Assembly (NCBI GenBank): GCA_019639255.1
Contig: JAHBSF010000012.1
Location: forward strand, 643 to 64,642
Direction: 5' to 3'
DNA from: Acidobacteriota bacterium
GTDB taxonomy: Bacteria; Acidobacteriota; Blastocatellia; RBC074
Length of the DNA stretch: 64,000 nucleotides
Shown here: positions 1 to 8,675 of the stretch, piece after piece
How the letters are laid out: each line of letters starts with the position of its first letter
Numbering within the stretch: position 1 is the first letter of the stretch
Translations under genes and position numbers: made by a program
The notes under the pieces: model-generated
Seen by the model: the letters and a program-made list of their open reading frames with translations, nothing else
Databases searched by the model: none
What the model was told of the DNA's origin: nothing

Positions 1-172
1 GCGTCCTGCCGTCAGCGCCGTAAACGACTCCGCTTACGGTCAGCCTTTCCCCGGGTTCGTCTTTTGATGTAATCGTGATTTTTGAAGAAGCATTGGCCTC
101 AGCAACCGTCGGCGCCTGCATCTCTACAGGCAGTAACCACAGAAAAACAGGGAACAGGAAAATCAACTTCAT
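1..172 (-). CDS. secreted protein, N-terminal fragment running off the left edge
   Basis: Not in the ORF track (open at the edge, under 60 aa). The reverse-strand ATG at 172 reads [57 protein letters not shown] with no stop down to position 1. This is a Sec-like signal peptide followed by a beta-sandwich-like GERLTVSG motif. Confidence 0.45.
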   Translation of the reverse strand, partial: MKLIFLFPVFLWLLPVEMQAPTVAEANASSKITITSKDEPGERLTVSGVVYGADGRT

Positions 173-258
173 AACTACCTCCATTGATGGATGGAACACG
201 CCGAATGCCTGGAATCGTACCCTTCCGTTTGTTCCGTTTGTCCGGTTTGCTCAGTTAC
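133..258. repeat. palindromic GATAACGGAAC-family element R0 (degenerate)
   Basis: The right arm at 221-258 contains CCGTTTGTTCCGTTTGTCC. The left half at 133-172 aligns, with short deletions, to the family's half sequence. Confidence 0.4.
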
Positions 259-355
259 AACATCCGTCGGTCTTTCGGCGGCGCTTCGGCTCAATTCCCT
301 AACACAATCTTTTAGACAGCGCTCGAGCGAGATTTCTTCCGTAAATTTATCGACT

Positions 356-481
356 CAGAATACAGAACACACGAAATGAAACTTAAATTGCGGAGAACTT
401 GAATATTTTCGTCTATTCCGACTTTTTTCGTTTGTTCCGTTATCTCTCTTTTTTGTCTAAATGTCGTGTGGAGTGATTTAG
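356..481. repeat. family element R1 (core 356-449 plus tail module)
   Basis: ...CACGAAATGAAAC...CTTGAATATTTTCGTCTATTCCG..TTTCGTTTGTTCCGTTATCTCTC, followed by the tail TTTTTTGTCTAAATGTCGTGTGGAGTGATTTAG. Confidence 0.8.
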
Positions 482-555
482 CAAGGTTTGCCGAAATCAA
501 CCGAAATCTGTACTATCTGACCTTCCGCTGTTTGCCGAATCAAGGCAGGTATTGT

Positions 556-1143
556 GTGACATCATTGGGTCTTCCCCTTGACGAATTCATTCCGCAACCC
601 GACGTGCAGGAACGTTTCTCAATCAAAGTGCACGCTCCGGCAGCGACGGTTCTGGATACGGCGTGCAACTTCGATATGCAATCGCCGCGGCTCGTAAGAA
701 TGATATTCCGTATGCGCGAACTCCTTATGCGCGCTTCCGTCGCGCAGAAACGCAAGCCGCAGGGGTTGCTGGAGGAAACCCGCGCGCTCGGTTGGGGACT
801 GCTTGCACAGACGCCCGGACTGATTATTTGCGGCGCAACGTGCCGGCCGTGGGAAGCCGACGTTACATTTACGCCCATTGCACCGCAGGAGTTCACCGCG
901 TTCGCCGAACCCGATTGCGTGAAGATCGCCTGGAGCCTGGAAACGGAATCCATAACGCCGGAAGTCACGGTGCTTTCACAGGAAACCAGGGTCGTTTCGA
1001 CGGATGCGCAGGCGAGGCTTAAGTTCCGCCGCTATTGGCGATGGGCGCGATTCGGCATAATCGCCATCCGATTGCTGCTGCTTCCAGCCGTGCGCCGTGA
1101 AGCCGAGAAACGATGGAGAAAAAGCGGCAGGCCAAGGCAGTAA
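556..1143 (+). CDS. hypothetical protein (function unknown, possibly SRPBCC-like)
   Basis: ORF 466..1143. The first 16 nt (466-481) lie in the tail of a repeat element. There is an in-frame GTG at 556. No diagnostic motif was recognised. Confidence 0.45.
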   Translation: MTSLGLPLDEFIPQPDVQERFSIKVHAPAATVLDTACNFDMQSPRLVRMIFRMRELLMRASVAQKRKPQGLLEETRALGWGLLAQTPGLIICGATCRPWEADVTFTPIAPQEFTAFAEPDCVKIAWSLETESITPEVTVLSQETRVVSTDAQARLKFRRYWRWARFGIIAIRLLLLPAVRREAEKRWRKSGRPRQ

Positions 1144-1302
1144 CTCTGTCGCAGTTATTACTGAAAATTCACACGTGATCTGAACGCCGCTGGGAGGCGC
1201 TTGACAGGGCTTTTGCTGCAGCGCCTTACATGACAGAATACGCCGGAGTCGGTGGTGAAAGTCTCGACGACTCGCAATAACAGGGTTCAAAAGGGTGGAC
1301 GA

Positions 1303-2082
1303 ATGGAGCACAGTATAGACGACGCAGAGATGGCGCAGCACGAGGCAACAGCAGCCGGCGATACGCTGGAGGATTCGATGCGCCGCCTGCGGATGAGGTT
1401 AAATGCGGAGGAACCCGCAACTACCACGCCCGCAGAAATTGCATCGCAACCGGCGGGCGAGGACTTGTCTCAGGAGGTACGCAGGCTCGGACGCGAGTTG
1501 TTCCGCGCAAACCGCGCCGCCGAGCGCAACCAGGAGTTGTTTGAGCAGGCGCTGGCCGAGATCGCCCGCTTGTCGGAGAGACTCTCCGAAATGCCCACAC
1601 TCGACGCTGCGATTCAGGCGGCGAGGTTCGACGCGAAAGCCGATCTTTGCCGGGACCTGCTCGGCGCTGCGGATTCGGCCGCAGCAAGCGTCGAGGCTGC
1701 GGATGAACTGATGAATAGACTCGCATCCGAAGCCGTGGAAGTCGGAGGATTGCTGTACAGATTCGGCGCTGTGCGGCGCTTGCGCGAGAGTTATGATTCG
1801 GCGCGCGAGGCCATTGAAGACTGGAGCAACGGAGAAAGACTGTTGGCAGACAGGCTGCACTCAATACTTGCGTCGGCTGGAGTGCGGGCGATTGCATCGC
1901 TCGGGCGGCGATTCGATCCGCAGCTTCATCGCGCGGTCGGCGTCGAATACGATGACTCGTATGAACCCGGCGTAATCGTAGCGGAGGAGTTGCGCGGATA
2001 CACGCTCGAAGGCAGAATCCTGCGCTACGCCGAAGTAATCGTCGCAAAAGAAGGCGCGCCGGACGCCGGATATGATGGGTAA
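1303..2082 (+). CDS. grpE: GrpE-like nucleotide exchange factor
   Basis: ORF 1252..2082 with an ATG at 1303 preceded by GGGTGGA. The N-half is helical and the C-terminal GrpE-type beta domain reads RRFDPQLHRAVGVEYDD..GVIVAEELRGYTLEGRILRYAEVIV. Confidence 0.75.
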   Translation: MEHSIDDAEMAQHEATAAGDTLEDSMRRLRMRLNAEEPATTTPAEIASQPAGEDLSQEVRRLGRELFRANRAAERNQELFEQALAEIARLSERLSEMPTLDAAIQAARFDAKADLCRDLLGAADSAAASVEAADELMNRLASEAVEVGGLLYRFGAVRRLRESYDSAREAIEDWSNGERLLADRLHSILASAGVRAIASLGRRFDPQLHRAVGVEYDDSYEPGVIVAEELRGYTLEGRILRYAEVIVAKEGAPDAGYDG

Positions 2083-2109
2083 ACCAATCGGGAAGGGGTC
2101 AAAATCAGC

Positions 2110-3816
2110 TTGGGCAGAGCGATAGGGATTGATCTGGGCACGACGTATTCGCTGGCTGCGGTGGTAGAAAACGGGCGTCCGCGTGTATTGTCGCGCGGCG
2201 ATGAGCGGCTCGTACCATCGGTTGTAGGACTGGCGGAGGACGGGCGTGTGATAGCAGGACAGGCGGCGCTTAACCAATACGTTCACGCGCCGGAGCGAAC
2301 CGTGCGTTCGATAAAGCGCCGCATGGGGAAGAGCGAGGGCGTGCGGCTTGGAGATCGCGATTATCTGCCGGAAGAGATTTCGGCCTTTATTCTCGCGCAT
2401 CTGAAGGGGCTTGCCGAGGAATCGCTCGGCGAGAGTGTGGACTCGGCCGTGATCACGGTTCCGGCCTACTTCGACGACGTTCAGCGGCAGGCCACAAAGC
2501 GCGCGGGCGAACTAGCGGGTTTTGAGGTGCTGCGAATCCTGAACGAACCGACTGCCGCCGCGCTCGCCTACGGACTCGAACATAAGCACGAGCAGTTTTT
2601 GCTCGTATACGACCTGGGCGGCGGAACATTCGACGTCTCGGTCGTCGAGCAGCAGGAAGATGTGCTCGAAGTGCGTTCGAGCCACGGCAACGTCAATCTG
2701 GGCGGCGACGATTTCGACGAACGCGTACGGCAGCACCTTCTTGCGCATTTGTCGAGCGAACATCGATACGATTTTTCATCCGACCGCCGGGCGATGGCGA
2801 GGCTCGCGCGTGCGGCCGAGTCGGCGAAGATCGCGCTGTCGGCTGCGCCTTTTGCGCGGGTTGCAGAGGAATTTCTTGCGCGCTACGACGGGCGCATCGC
2901 GCACCTGGACCTGGAACTCGGCCGCAGTGAGTTCGAGGAAATGATTGGGGATCTGCTTGTCTCGACGATGAATTCCATCGAACGGGCGCTCGCGGATGCA
3001 AAGATTAACGCCGATCAGCTCAACCGGGTTCTGCTCGTCGGCGGATCGACGCGCATACCGCTCGTTTCCGAGCTTATCCACACTCACCTTGGAATCGAGC
3101 CGTCGATCGAAATCAATCCGGATGAAGCCGTAGCGTTGGGCGCAGCAGCGCAGACGGCGCTGATACGAGGCGAGGAATTGCAGGCAATGCTTATCGACGT
3201 ATCGCCTCACAGCCTCGGCATCGCCGTAGCGGACATCATATTCGATCAGATGGTGCCCGGCGGATTCAAACCCATAATCCGGCGCAATACCACGATTCCA
3301 ACAACGTTGGCTGAAGTTTTCTATACCGTCACACCGAATCAGGATACCGTCGAAATCGAGGTCTACCAGGGTGAACATCCCGTAGCGGCGGAAAATACGC
3401 ATCTCGGCAGTTTTCGACTTTCGGGCATCCCGCCGGCGCCCGATCCGCAACGGCCGCGCGAGGTAGTAGTCGAATTCAGTTACAACCTCAACGGCATAGT
3501 CGAAGTAACGGCAAGGGACAGGCGCGGCGAACGTCGGGAACAGATGACGGTTCGCACGACGGGCCGCGCGAAATCAAAGTTTGAAATTGTGAAAACAGCG
3601 ACGAAAAGATTCGATCCGGTGCTCACAGCCGAAGCCGAGCGCGCCCTGGAATCGGCGCACAAGCTTGAATTGAAGCTTTCAGCAGAGGGCAGACCTGAAG
3701 ACGCGGGGCGATTGCACCGTATGCGCTTGCAGCTTGAAGAGGCGCGCGCCGGCGACGACGAAGCTGTGTTGGAACAACGCCTAAACGATCTGGACGATCT
3801 GCTTTACGATCTTTGA
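2110..3816 (+). CDS. atypical short Hsp70-family ATPase (DnaK/HscC-like, 568 aa)
   Basis: Hsp70 ATPase motifs are present: GIDLGTTYS, DLGGGTFDVSVV and LLVGGSTRIPLV. The C-terminal region is shorter than in canonical DnaK and unlike it. TTG start 28 nt after the grpE stop. Confidence 0.85.
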   Translation: MGRAIGIDLGTTYSLAAVVENGRPRVLSRGDERLVPSVVGLAEDGRVIAGQAALNQYVHAPERTVRSIKRRMGKSEGVRLGDRDYLPEEISAFILAHLKGLAEESLGESVDSAVITVPAYFDDVQRQATKRAGELAGFEVLRILNEPTAAALAYGLEHKHEQFLLVYDLGGGTFDVSVVEQQEDVLEVRSSHGNVNLGGDDFDERVRQHLLAHLSSEHRYDFSSDRRAMARLARAAESAKIALSAAPFARVAEEFLARYDGRIAHLDLELGRSEFEEMIGDLLVSTMNSIERALADAKINADQLNRVLLVGGSTRIPLVSELIHTHLGIEPSIEINPDEAVALGAAAQTALIRGEELQAMLIDVSPHSLGIAVADIIFDQMVPGGFKPIIRRNTTIPTTLAEVFYTVTPNQDTVEIEVYQGEHPVAAENTHLGSFRLSGIPPAPDPQRPREVVVEFSYNLNGIVEVTARDRRGERREQMTVRTTGRAKSKFEIVKTATKRFDPVLTAEAERALESAHKLELKLSAEGRPEDAGRLHRMRLQLEEARAGDDEAVLEQRLNDLDDLLYDL

Positions 3817-3860
3817 GGCTTTACCTTCGCTGAGCACACGTTTCGAGCCTGGAATCCATT

Positions 3861-3988
3861 GAGATAACGGAACAAACGAAATGAAGCGAAAATTACGGAA
3901 TGGTTGAATATTTCCGTCTGTTCCGTCCATTTTCGTTTGTTCCGTCATCTCTCTTGTACACCCCGATGTCGTGTGAATCGATTTTCAG
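3861..3988. repeat. family element R2 (core 3861-3954 plus tail module)
   Basis: GAGATAACGGAACAAACGAAATGAAGCG...TTTCGTTTGTTCCGTCATCTCTC, followed by the tail ..CCCGATGTCGTGTGAATCGATTTTCAG. Confidence 0.9.
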
Positions 3989-3996
3989 GTACAGGC

Positions 3997-6285
3997 ATGT
4001 CACAGAAGAAGCGCAAATCGAAAAAGGGTTCATCCGCAGTATCGCCGATCGAACTGCTCCGTACAGCCGATAGCCGGATTGAGCGCGGCGAGATAGACGC
4101 GGCCTTCGACGACATCAACAAAGCAGCGCGCGAGCTTGCGCCTCGGCCTGCACCGCCGGGCAAAAAGATCTCCGTCCCGCCGCACATCGTCGCCGCCAGG
4201 CAGGAACTCGGGCGGCTGCGCGCCAGAGCGTTGGCTGCGCGCGCACGCACGTGCAGCGACCCGCACCTTGCGGCATCGCACCTGAAGGATGCCGTCGAAT
4301 CCGATCCGGCTGCGGTCGGATACCGCATTGCACTCGGCGCCGCCCGCCTGCAGTCAGGAAAGCTCGCAGAGGCATTGCTTGCCTTCGCCGAGGCACGGAA
4401 GTCCTCACCGGATCATCCGCTGCTTGCGCGTGCATTCGCCATAGCATCGGCGTATGAAAACTCGGATAGCAGCGCCATTGCCTCAACCGGCTCGCAGCTT
4501 TTGGAAGGTCTTGCGCAAGCAATGCGCGGCGAGTGGGCGTCTGCGGGAGAAACGCTGGGTTGTCTGCCGCAGATTTCGAGCCATCCTTCGAGGCGCGAAG
4601 CCGCGCAACTGGCGACCCAGCTTTACTACAGCGGCCTGATTGCCGCACTCGACGGACGCATACGCGAAGCCCTCGGCGATTGGGCCGAAGCAGCCCGTCT
4701 GTCTCGCGAGCACGCGCTCGGACTGCCTTGGGTCAAGCGGCTTGTCGAAGATCTGCGAAACATTGCCGCCGACTGCGCCCCGGAAAGCGCGCGCGAATGC
4801 TGGCGAATGGTGCTTTCGTTATCGCCCGGCGACCGGGAAGCGCAGGCGCACCTCACCGCCGCAGACCGGGCGCAGGCGCTCGAATACTGGCGCGCCGATC
4901 GCACGCTCGAGGCTGCGCGAATCTGGGAGGCGATTCTAAAAGTCGCGCCGGAAGAGCACGGTATACGTCGCAATCATGCACTAGCTTTAGAAAAGCTTGA
5001 GCTTACCGCCGATGCCGCCCGCGAGTGGAAGATCCTGGCCCGCGAGCAGCGGCGCCGCCTGAAAAACTCGCCCCCGGAAGCCGAATCCATGGAACGCCTG
5101 ATCGTGCTCGAAAAGCACCTCGTCAAACTGATGATCACGGCTGCAATCGATCCGGGCGACATATTCAACGAAATCGAAGCAACGACGAACATCGCCCCGG
5201 ATAACGACGAACTGGCGTTGTGGGCTTCGGAGACGCTGCTTGAAATCGGCCGGGTTCAGCCGGCGCTCAGACACCTTGATGCGATAGAGAAACGCAGGGG
5301 CGCCTCTGCTGGCCTGCTGCTGCGCAAGGGCATACTGCTCGACATCCTCGAGCGTCACTCCGAAGCTCGACATATATTTGATCGTGCGTTCAAGCTCGAA
5401 CCCGACAATCCCATTGTTCGAAATACCATGCTGCTTTTTCTGGGAGAGGAGGCAGTGCGCGCCGCAAACCGCCGAAACCTGCCGCAGGCCGTGGCATACT
5501 GCGAGCGGCAACTTTCCATCAACCCTGATTACGCAGCCGCGCTTGCGCACCTCGGACATCTATATTACAGCCTCGGCCGGGAAAAGGATGCCAAAAACGC
5601 CCTGTCGCGCCTTGCGGCGATCGAGCCCCGCACCGCCGAGCGCCTGACCGCCGCCGGAACCATATACCTTCATGTCGGCGTCAAAAAGGAAGCCGCCGCG
5701 CTTTTCAAGGAAGCTATGTCGCTTTCGCCCGACCCCGAAACAATAATCAACATCGGCGACGCTTATTGCGATCGCAGAATGTGGAAAGAGGCGATGCGGT
5801 ATTATGACATTGCGGTTCAAAAGGGCGCCAATCTGGAGTTGCTGGCCCATGTCATTATAAGCCTGTTCGAAAAAGGTCGAAAACGCGAAGGCCAGAAGTA
5901 TCTGGACGAAGCATTCCGGCGCGATCCGGAGCATCCGTTGCCGTATATGATCAAGGGAATTGATAAGGTTTCTTCGCTTTCCCCTATAGATATCATTTTC
6001 AATCCCGGCGTGCTTAAGGAAGCCATCGAGATATTCGAAACCGCCGAAACCAAGTGCATCGGACATCCGGAATATTCCAAATACCTGGAAAGCATTCGCG
6101 ACCTGCGCGCCCATGTCGCCGCTCATCCGATGCTGCAAGCAGCGACCGGAGACGCCGAAGATATATTTGGGTTTCCGTTCGATGAAGATGACCTGGATTT
6201 CCTGTCCGGCGACGACTCGGCCGAGGATTTCAACGCCTTCATCGATCGACCGCCTCGTCGCAAAAAACCGCGCCGCCGCCGTTGA
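3997..6285 (+). CDS. large TPR-repeat protein with basic N- and C-terminal tails
   Basis: ORF 3904..6285. The first 31 codons are repeat-element sequence and an ATG sits at 3997 (MSQKKRKSKKG). Many TPR-like helical repeats (e.g. AVAYCERQLSINPDYAAALAHLGHLYYSLGREKDA). Acidic then poly-basic C-terminus (PPRRKKPRRRR). Confidence 0.7.
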   Translation: MSQKKRKSKKGSSAVSPIELLRTADSRIERGEIDAAFDDINKAARELAPRPAPPGKKISVPPHIVAARQELGRLRARALAARARTCSDPHLAASHLKDAVESDPAAVGYRIALGAARLQSGKLAEALLAFAEARKSSPDHPLLARAFAIASAYENSDSSAIASTGSQLLEGLAQAMRGEWASAGETLGCLPQISSHPSRREAAQLATQLYYSGLIAALDGRIREALGDWAEAARLSREHALGLPWVKRLVEDLRNIAADCAPESARECWRMVLSLSPGDREAQAHLTAADRAQALEYWRADRTLEAARIWEAILKVAPEEHGIRRNHALALEKLELTADAAREWKILAREQRRRLKNSPPEAESMERLIVLEKHLVKLMITAAIDPGDIFNEIEATTNIAPDNDELALWASETLLEIGRVQPALRHLDAIEKRRGASAGLLLRKGILLDILERHSEARHIFDRAFKLEPDNPIVRNTMLLFLGEEAVRAANRRNLPQAVAYCERQLSINPDYAAALAHLGHLYYSLGREKDAKNALSRLAAIEPRTAERLTAAGTIYLHVGVKKEAAALFKEAMSLSPDPETIINIGDAYCDRRMWKEAMRYYDIAVQKGANLELLAHVIISLFEKGRKREGQKYLDEAFRRDPEHPLPYMIKGIDKVSSLSPIDIIFNPGVLKEAIEIFETAETKCIGHPEYSKYLESIRDLRAHVAAHPMLQAATGDAEDIFGFPFDEDDLDFLSGDDSAEDFNAFIDRPPRRKKPRRRR

Positions 6286-6299
6286 AAGGAGATTACCCG

Positions 6300-6635
6300 G
6301 TGCTCGATCCGTTAAAGGATGATCCATACCGCATACTCGGCGTTGCGCGATCCGCAACCGAGATTGAAATCAGACACGCGTATTTCACCCTCGTACGCCA
6401 ACATCCGCCGGAACGCGACCCCGCCGGTTTCAAACGCATTCGCGCCGCCTACGAAAAACTCCGAAATGCAACCGACCGGGCGCAAACCGATCTGTTCCAG
6501 ATTGAAGATCATATCCCCGCACCGCCGCCCGCCGCCGCCCGAAAACTTGAACCTCCCGCACCGGCCGCGATCCGGTCCGATCTGTCGGCGCTCGAAGCCT
6601 TTCTTCTGTTCGAAGATGCGCTTGCCCAACCTTGA
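6300..6635 (+). CDS. small J-domain protein with non-canonical HPP in place of HPD
   Basis: AAAGGAG then GTG at 6300, overlapping the TPR stop region. The J-domain helix II/III pattern is DPYRILGVARSATEIEIRHAYFTLVRQHPPERDP...FKRIRAAYEKL. The codons at 6402-6410 read CAT CCG CCG (H-P-P). Confidence 0.7.
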   Translation: MLDPLKDDPYRILGVARSATEIEIRHAYFTLVRQHPPERDPAGFKRIRAAYEKLRNATDRAQTDLFQIEDHIPAPPPAAARKLEPPAPAAIRSDLSALEAFLLFEDALAQP

Positions 6636-6656
6636 TACGAAAGCATGCGCCGGCAA

Positions 6657-6784
6657 GTGATGTAACGGAACATACGACATGAAACCAAAATCACGGAAAA
6701 GTTCAATATTTTCGTCTGTTCCGTCTTTTTTCGTTTGTTCCGTTATCTCTCTTTTTTGTCTCAATATCGTATGTATTGATTCAA
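6657..6784. repeat. family element R3 (core plus tail module)
   Basis: GTAACGGAACATACGACATGAAAC...TTTCGTTTGTTCCGTTATCTCTC, followed by the tail TTTTTTGTCTCAATATCGTATGTATTGATTCAA. Confidence 0.85.
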
Positions 6785-8661
6785 CCGCGTCTCTCGCACC
6801 CGGCATTTCCAGTTCCCTTCCCGCAGCGGTTGCGCAATCTTCCGGACAGAAGGGGAAAGAAGTTCAGCAGTTCGCCATTGATCTCATCAAGGATGCGGGC
6901 GCGCAGGCTGCACAACTCGAAGACCAGAAATCTGCCGCGCAAATCCGTATCGCAGCAGCCGAAGCCCTTGCTCATCACGACCGCGACGCTGCGGGCGACC
7001 TGTATGGCAGCGCATTCGACGCCGCACTCGAATGGTATCGCACGGTAAAAGATCTGACGCGCGACCCCGTTACGCGCCTCACTACGGTTTCACCCGAGGA
7101 TTTCTGCCGCGACATTATCCGCCGCATCACGGCATTCGATGCCGACCTCGGACGCGCCGCTTCCGCTGCATTCGACAAAGAACTCGATAAACCAGCGAAA
7201 GCCGACGCAGCACAGCAAACACGTCGCCTCGGTCTCAGATCGCATTTCGGCGATTCTGCATTTTCAAATGAAATCATGAAGGCAAGTTCAATGCTCCGCG
7301 CGGACCAAAGGGGAGCAATCGAACTTGCAAAGAAATTGCTCGCCCAACGGTTCGTTTGGCAGGGACACGAGTTTCTATGGATACTGGCGCGGCAGGACCG
7401 CAATGCCGCCGATGAATTATTTCTGTGGCTGCTCGCCAACCTGCTGGAAGATAAATACGCCGATCCTTTTCAGTTGCAGGTGCTCGCGGTTTACCCGTTC
7501 GGCAACAAAATGTTTGTGCTCACAGACGGGTTCAATCATATCGGCGGACCGAGTTTCATTCCCGGGCGGATTCGGGAAGCGCGAGACCCCGGAAGCGAGC
7601 GGATTCTGATCGACTGGTTCATAGAAGTCTCTCACGCAGTTTTGCTGCGAATTGCGTTGCAGGATCTTACCGGTTATTCCGATCAAGCCAACCGCATCGG
7701 GGCCGCCGCGTATATTGCTCAGTGGCTGGAACCGCACGTAACCCGAATGCGGCCCGACCTGATGCCATCCTGGCGCGAGATTTCCGCACGCCTCTCCGCT
7801 CGCCTGCAGCCTGAACAGGCAGCCCTGATCGCATCGCTTCCCGGCAGGGAGGCAAAGTTGATTGAAGAGTTAAACCTCGAATCGCGGCTTGAACCCGAAG
7901 ACGCCCGCACGAGGATCAAACGCTTGATGGATGCTGCAGGCAATGAACGCGACGCGGCAAGGGCGGACTATCTGTATCACTCCGCCGCCGCAGAAGCCGA
8001 CCGCATAGGCGACAGATCTCTTGCGCTCGAACTTGCGGAGAAAATCTCTTCGCCCGAATTTCGCCTGCAAACCAGGGACTGGATTTTTTTCAACGCCTCT
8101 TCGCAGGCGATCAGGGAAGGCAGACCTGAAGCCGCTCGCAGGGATGCAGCCGAAATATCAGCTCCGGATGAGCGCACGAGCCTGTATTGCGCGCTCGCTC
8201 GCGCCGCGCTCGCAGAGAAGGACAAAATCGGCGCAGGCCAGTTGCTGGATGAAGCCGAAACCCGCGCGCTCGATGCTCCAGACTCTCCGGCAAAAGTACG
8301 CGCGCTTGTGATGATCGCCGTTTTGTTCGGTCGCTTCGATGCGTATCGCGCGTTTCAAGTAGTTTCCACCGCAGTTGCAACAGTAAATGAAACGCCGGAA
8401 TACAGGACCAGCGATGCAAAGCCGTCGCGCAGCATCAGTCACGCTGCGGGGCGCAAATACGCACTGGTTCATCAGGCGGAGGACGCAAACCTCGATGCGG
8501 CGCTTGCAATGATCGCACAGAAGGATTTCGACGGTGCGATACAGCTTGCACAGACCCTTAAGGACCTTCGACTCAAATTGTCTGCGACGATCAGGGTTGC
8601 AGCATTTGCGCTGCTCCCGGCTCGATCAAATCCCTCACCGGAAAAGCCGCCGGAGAAATGA
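6679..8661 (+). CDS. all-alpha repeat hypothetical protein (660 aa)
   Basis: Long ORF with coding-like composition. The only canonical in-frame start in the first ~190 codons is the ATG at 6679, inside repeat copy R3. No family was recognised. Confidence 0.55.
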   Translation: MKPKSRKSSIFSSVPSFFVCSVISLFCLNIVCIDSTASLAPGISSSLPAAVAQSSGQKGKEVQQFAIDLIKDAGAQAAQLEDQKSAAQIRIAAAEALAHHDRDAAGDLYGSAFDAALEWYRTVKDLTRDPVTRLTTVSPEDFCRDIIRRITAFDADLGRAASAAFDKELDKPAKADAAQQTRRLGLRSHFGDSAFSNEIMKASSMLRADQRGAIELAKKLLAQRFVWQGHEFLWILARQDRNAADELFLWLLANLLEDKYADPFQLQVLAVYPFGNKMFVLTDGFNHIGGPSFIPGRIREARDPGSERILIDWFIEVSHAVLLRIALQDLTGYSDQANRIGAAAYIAQWLEPHVTRMRPDLMPSWREISARLSARLQPEQAALIASLPGREAKLIEELNLESRLEPEDARTRIKRLMDAAGNERDAARADYLYHSAAAEADRIGDRSLALELAEKISSPEFRLQTRDWIFFNASSQAIREGRPEAARRDAAEISAPDERTSLYCALARAALAEKDKIGAGQLLDEAETRALDAPDSPAKVRALVMIAVLFGRFDAYRAFQVVSTAVATVNETPEYRTSDAKPSRSISHAAGRKYALVHQAEDANLDAALAMIAQKDFDGAIQLAQTLKDLRLKLSATIRVAAFALLPARSNPSPEKPPEK

Positions 8662-8675
8662 CGAAACACACGAAC

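Noticed and set aside
312-500. Small ORFs inside elements sharing peptides such as (R)[10 protein letters not shown] or MNISVCSV../..FRLFRYLS. Examples are 312..500, 6312..6806, 10697..10897, 34586..34780 and 42533..42754.
   Set aside because: The shared peptide simply reflects shared DNA. The ORFs have inconsistent starts, lengths and frames and run into neighbouring genes on the wrong strand. There is no evidence for a conserved small protein.
3861-3954. Reading the arm word GGAAC as an ECF-type -35 box, or TTGAAT/TTGTTC as sigma70 -35 boxes, which would make the elements portable promoters.
   Set aside because: I could not find a correctly spaced -10 (CGT-type or TATAAT-type) in the consensus, and spacing varies between copies. 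The idea remains untested rather than supported.
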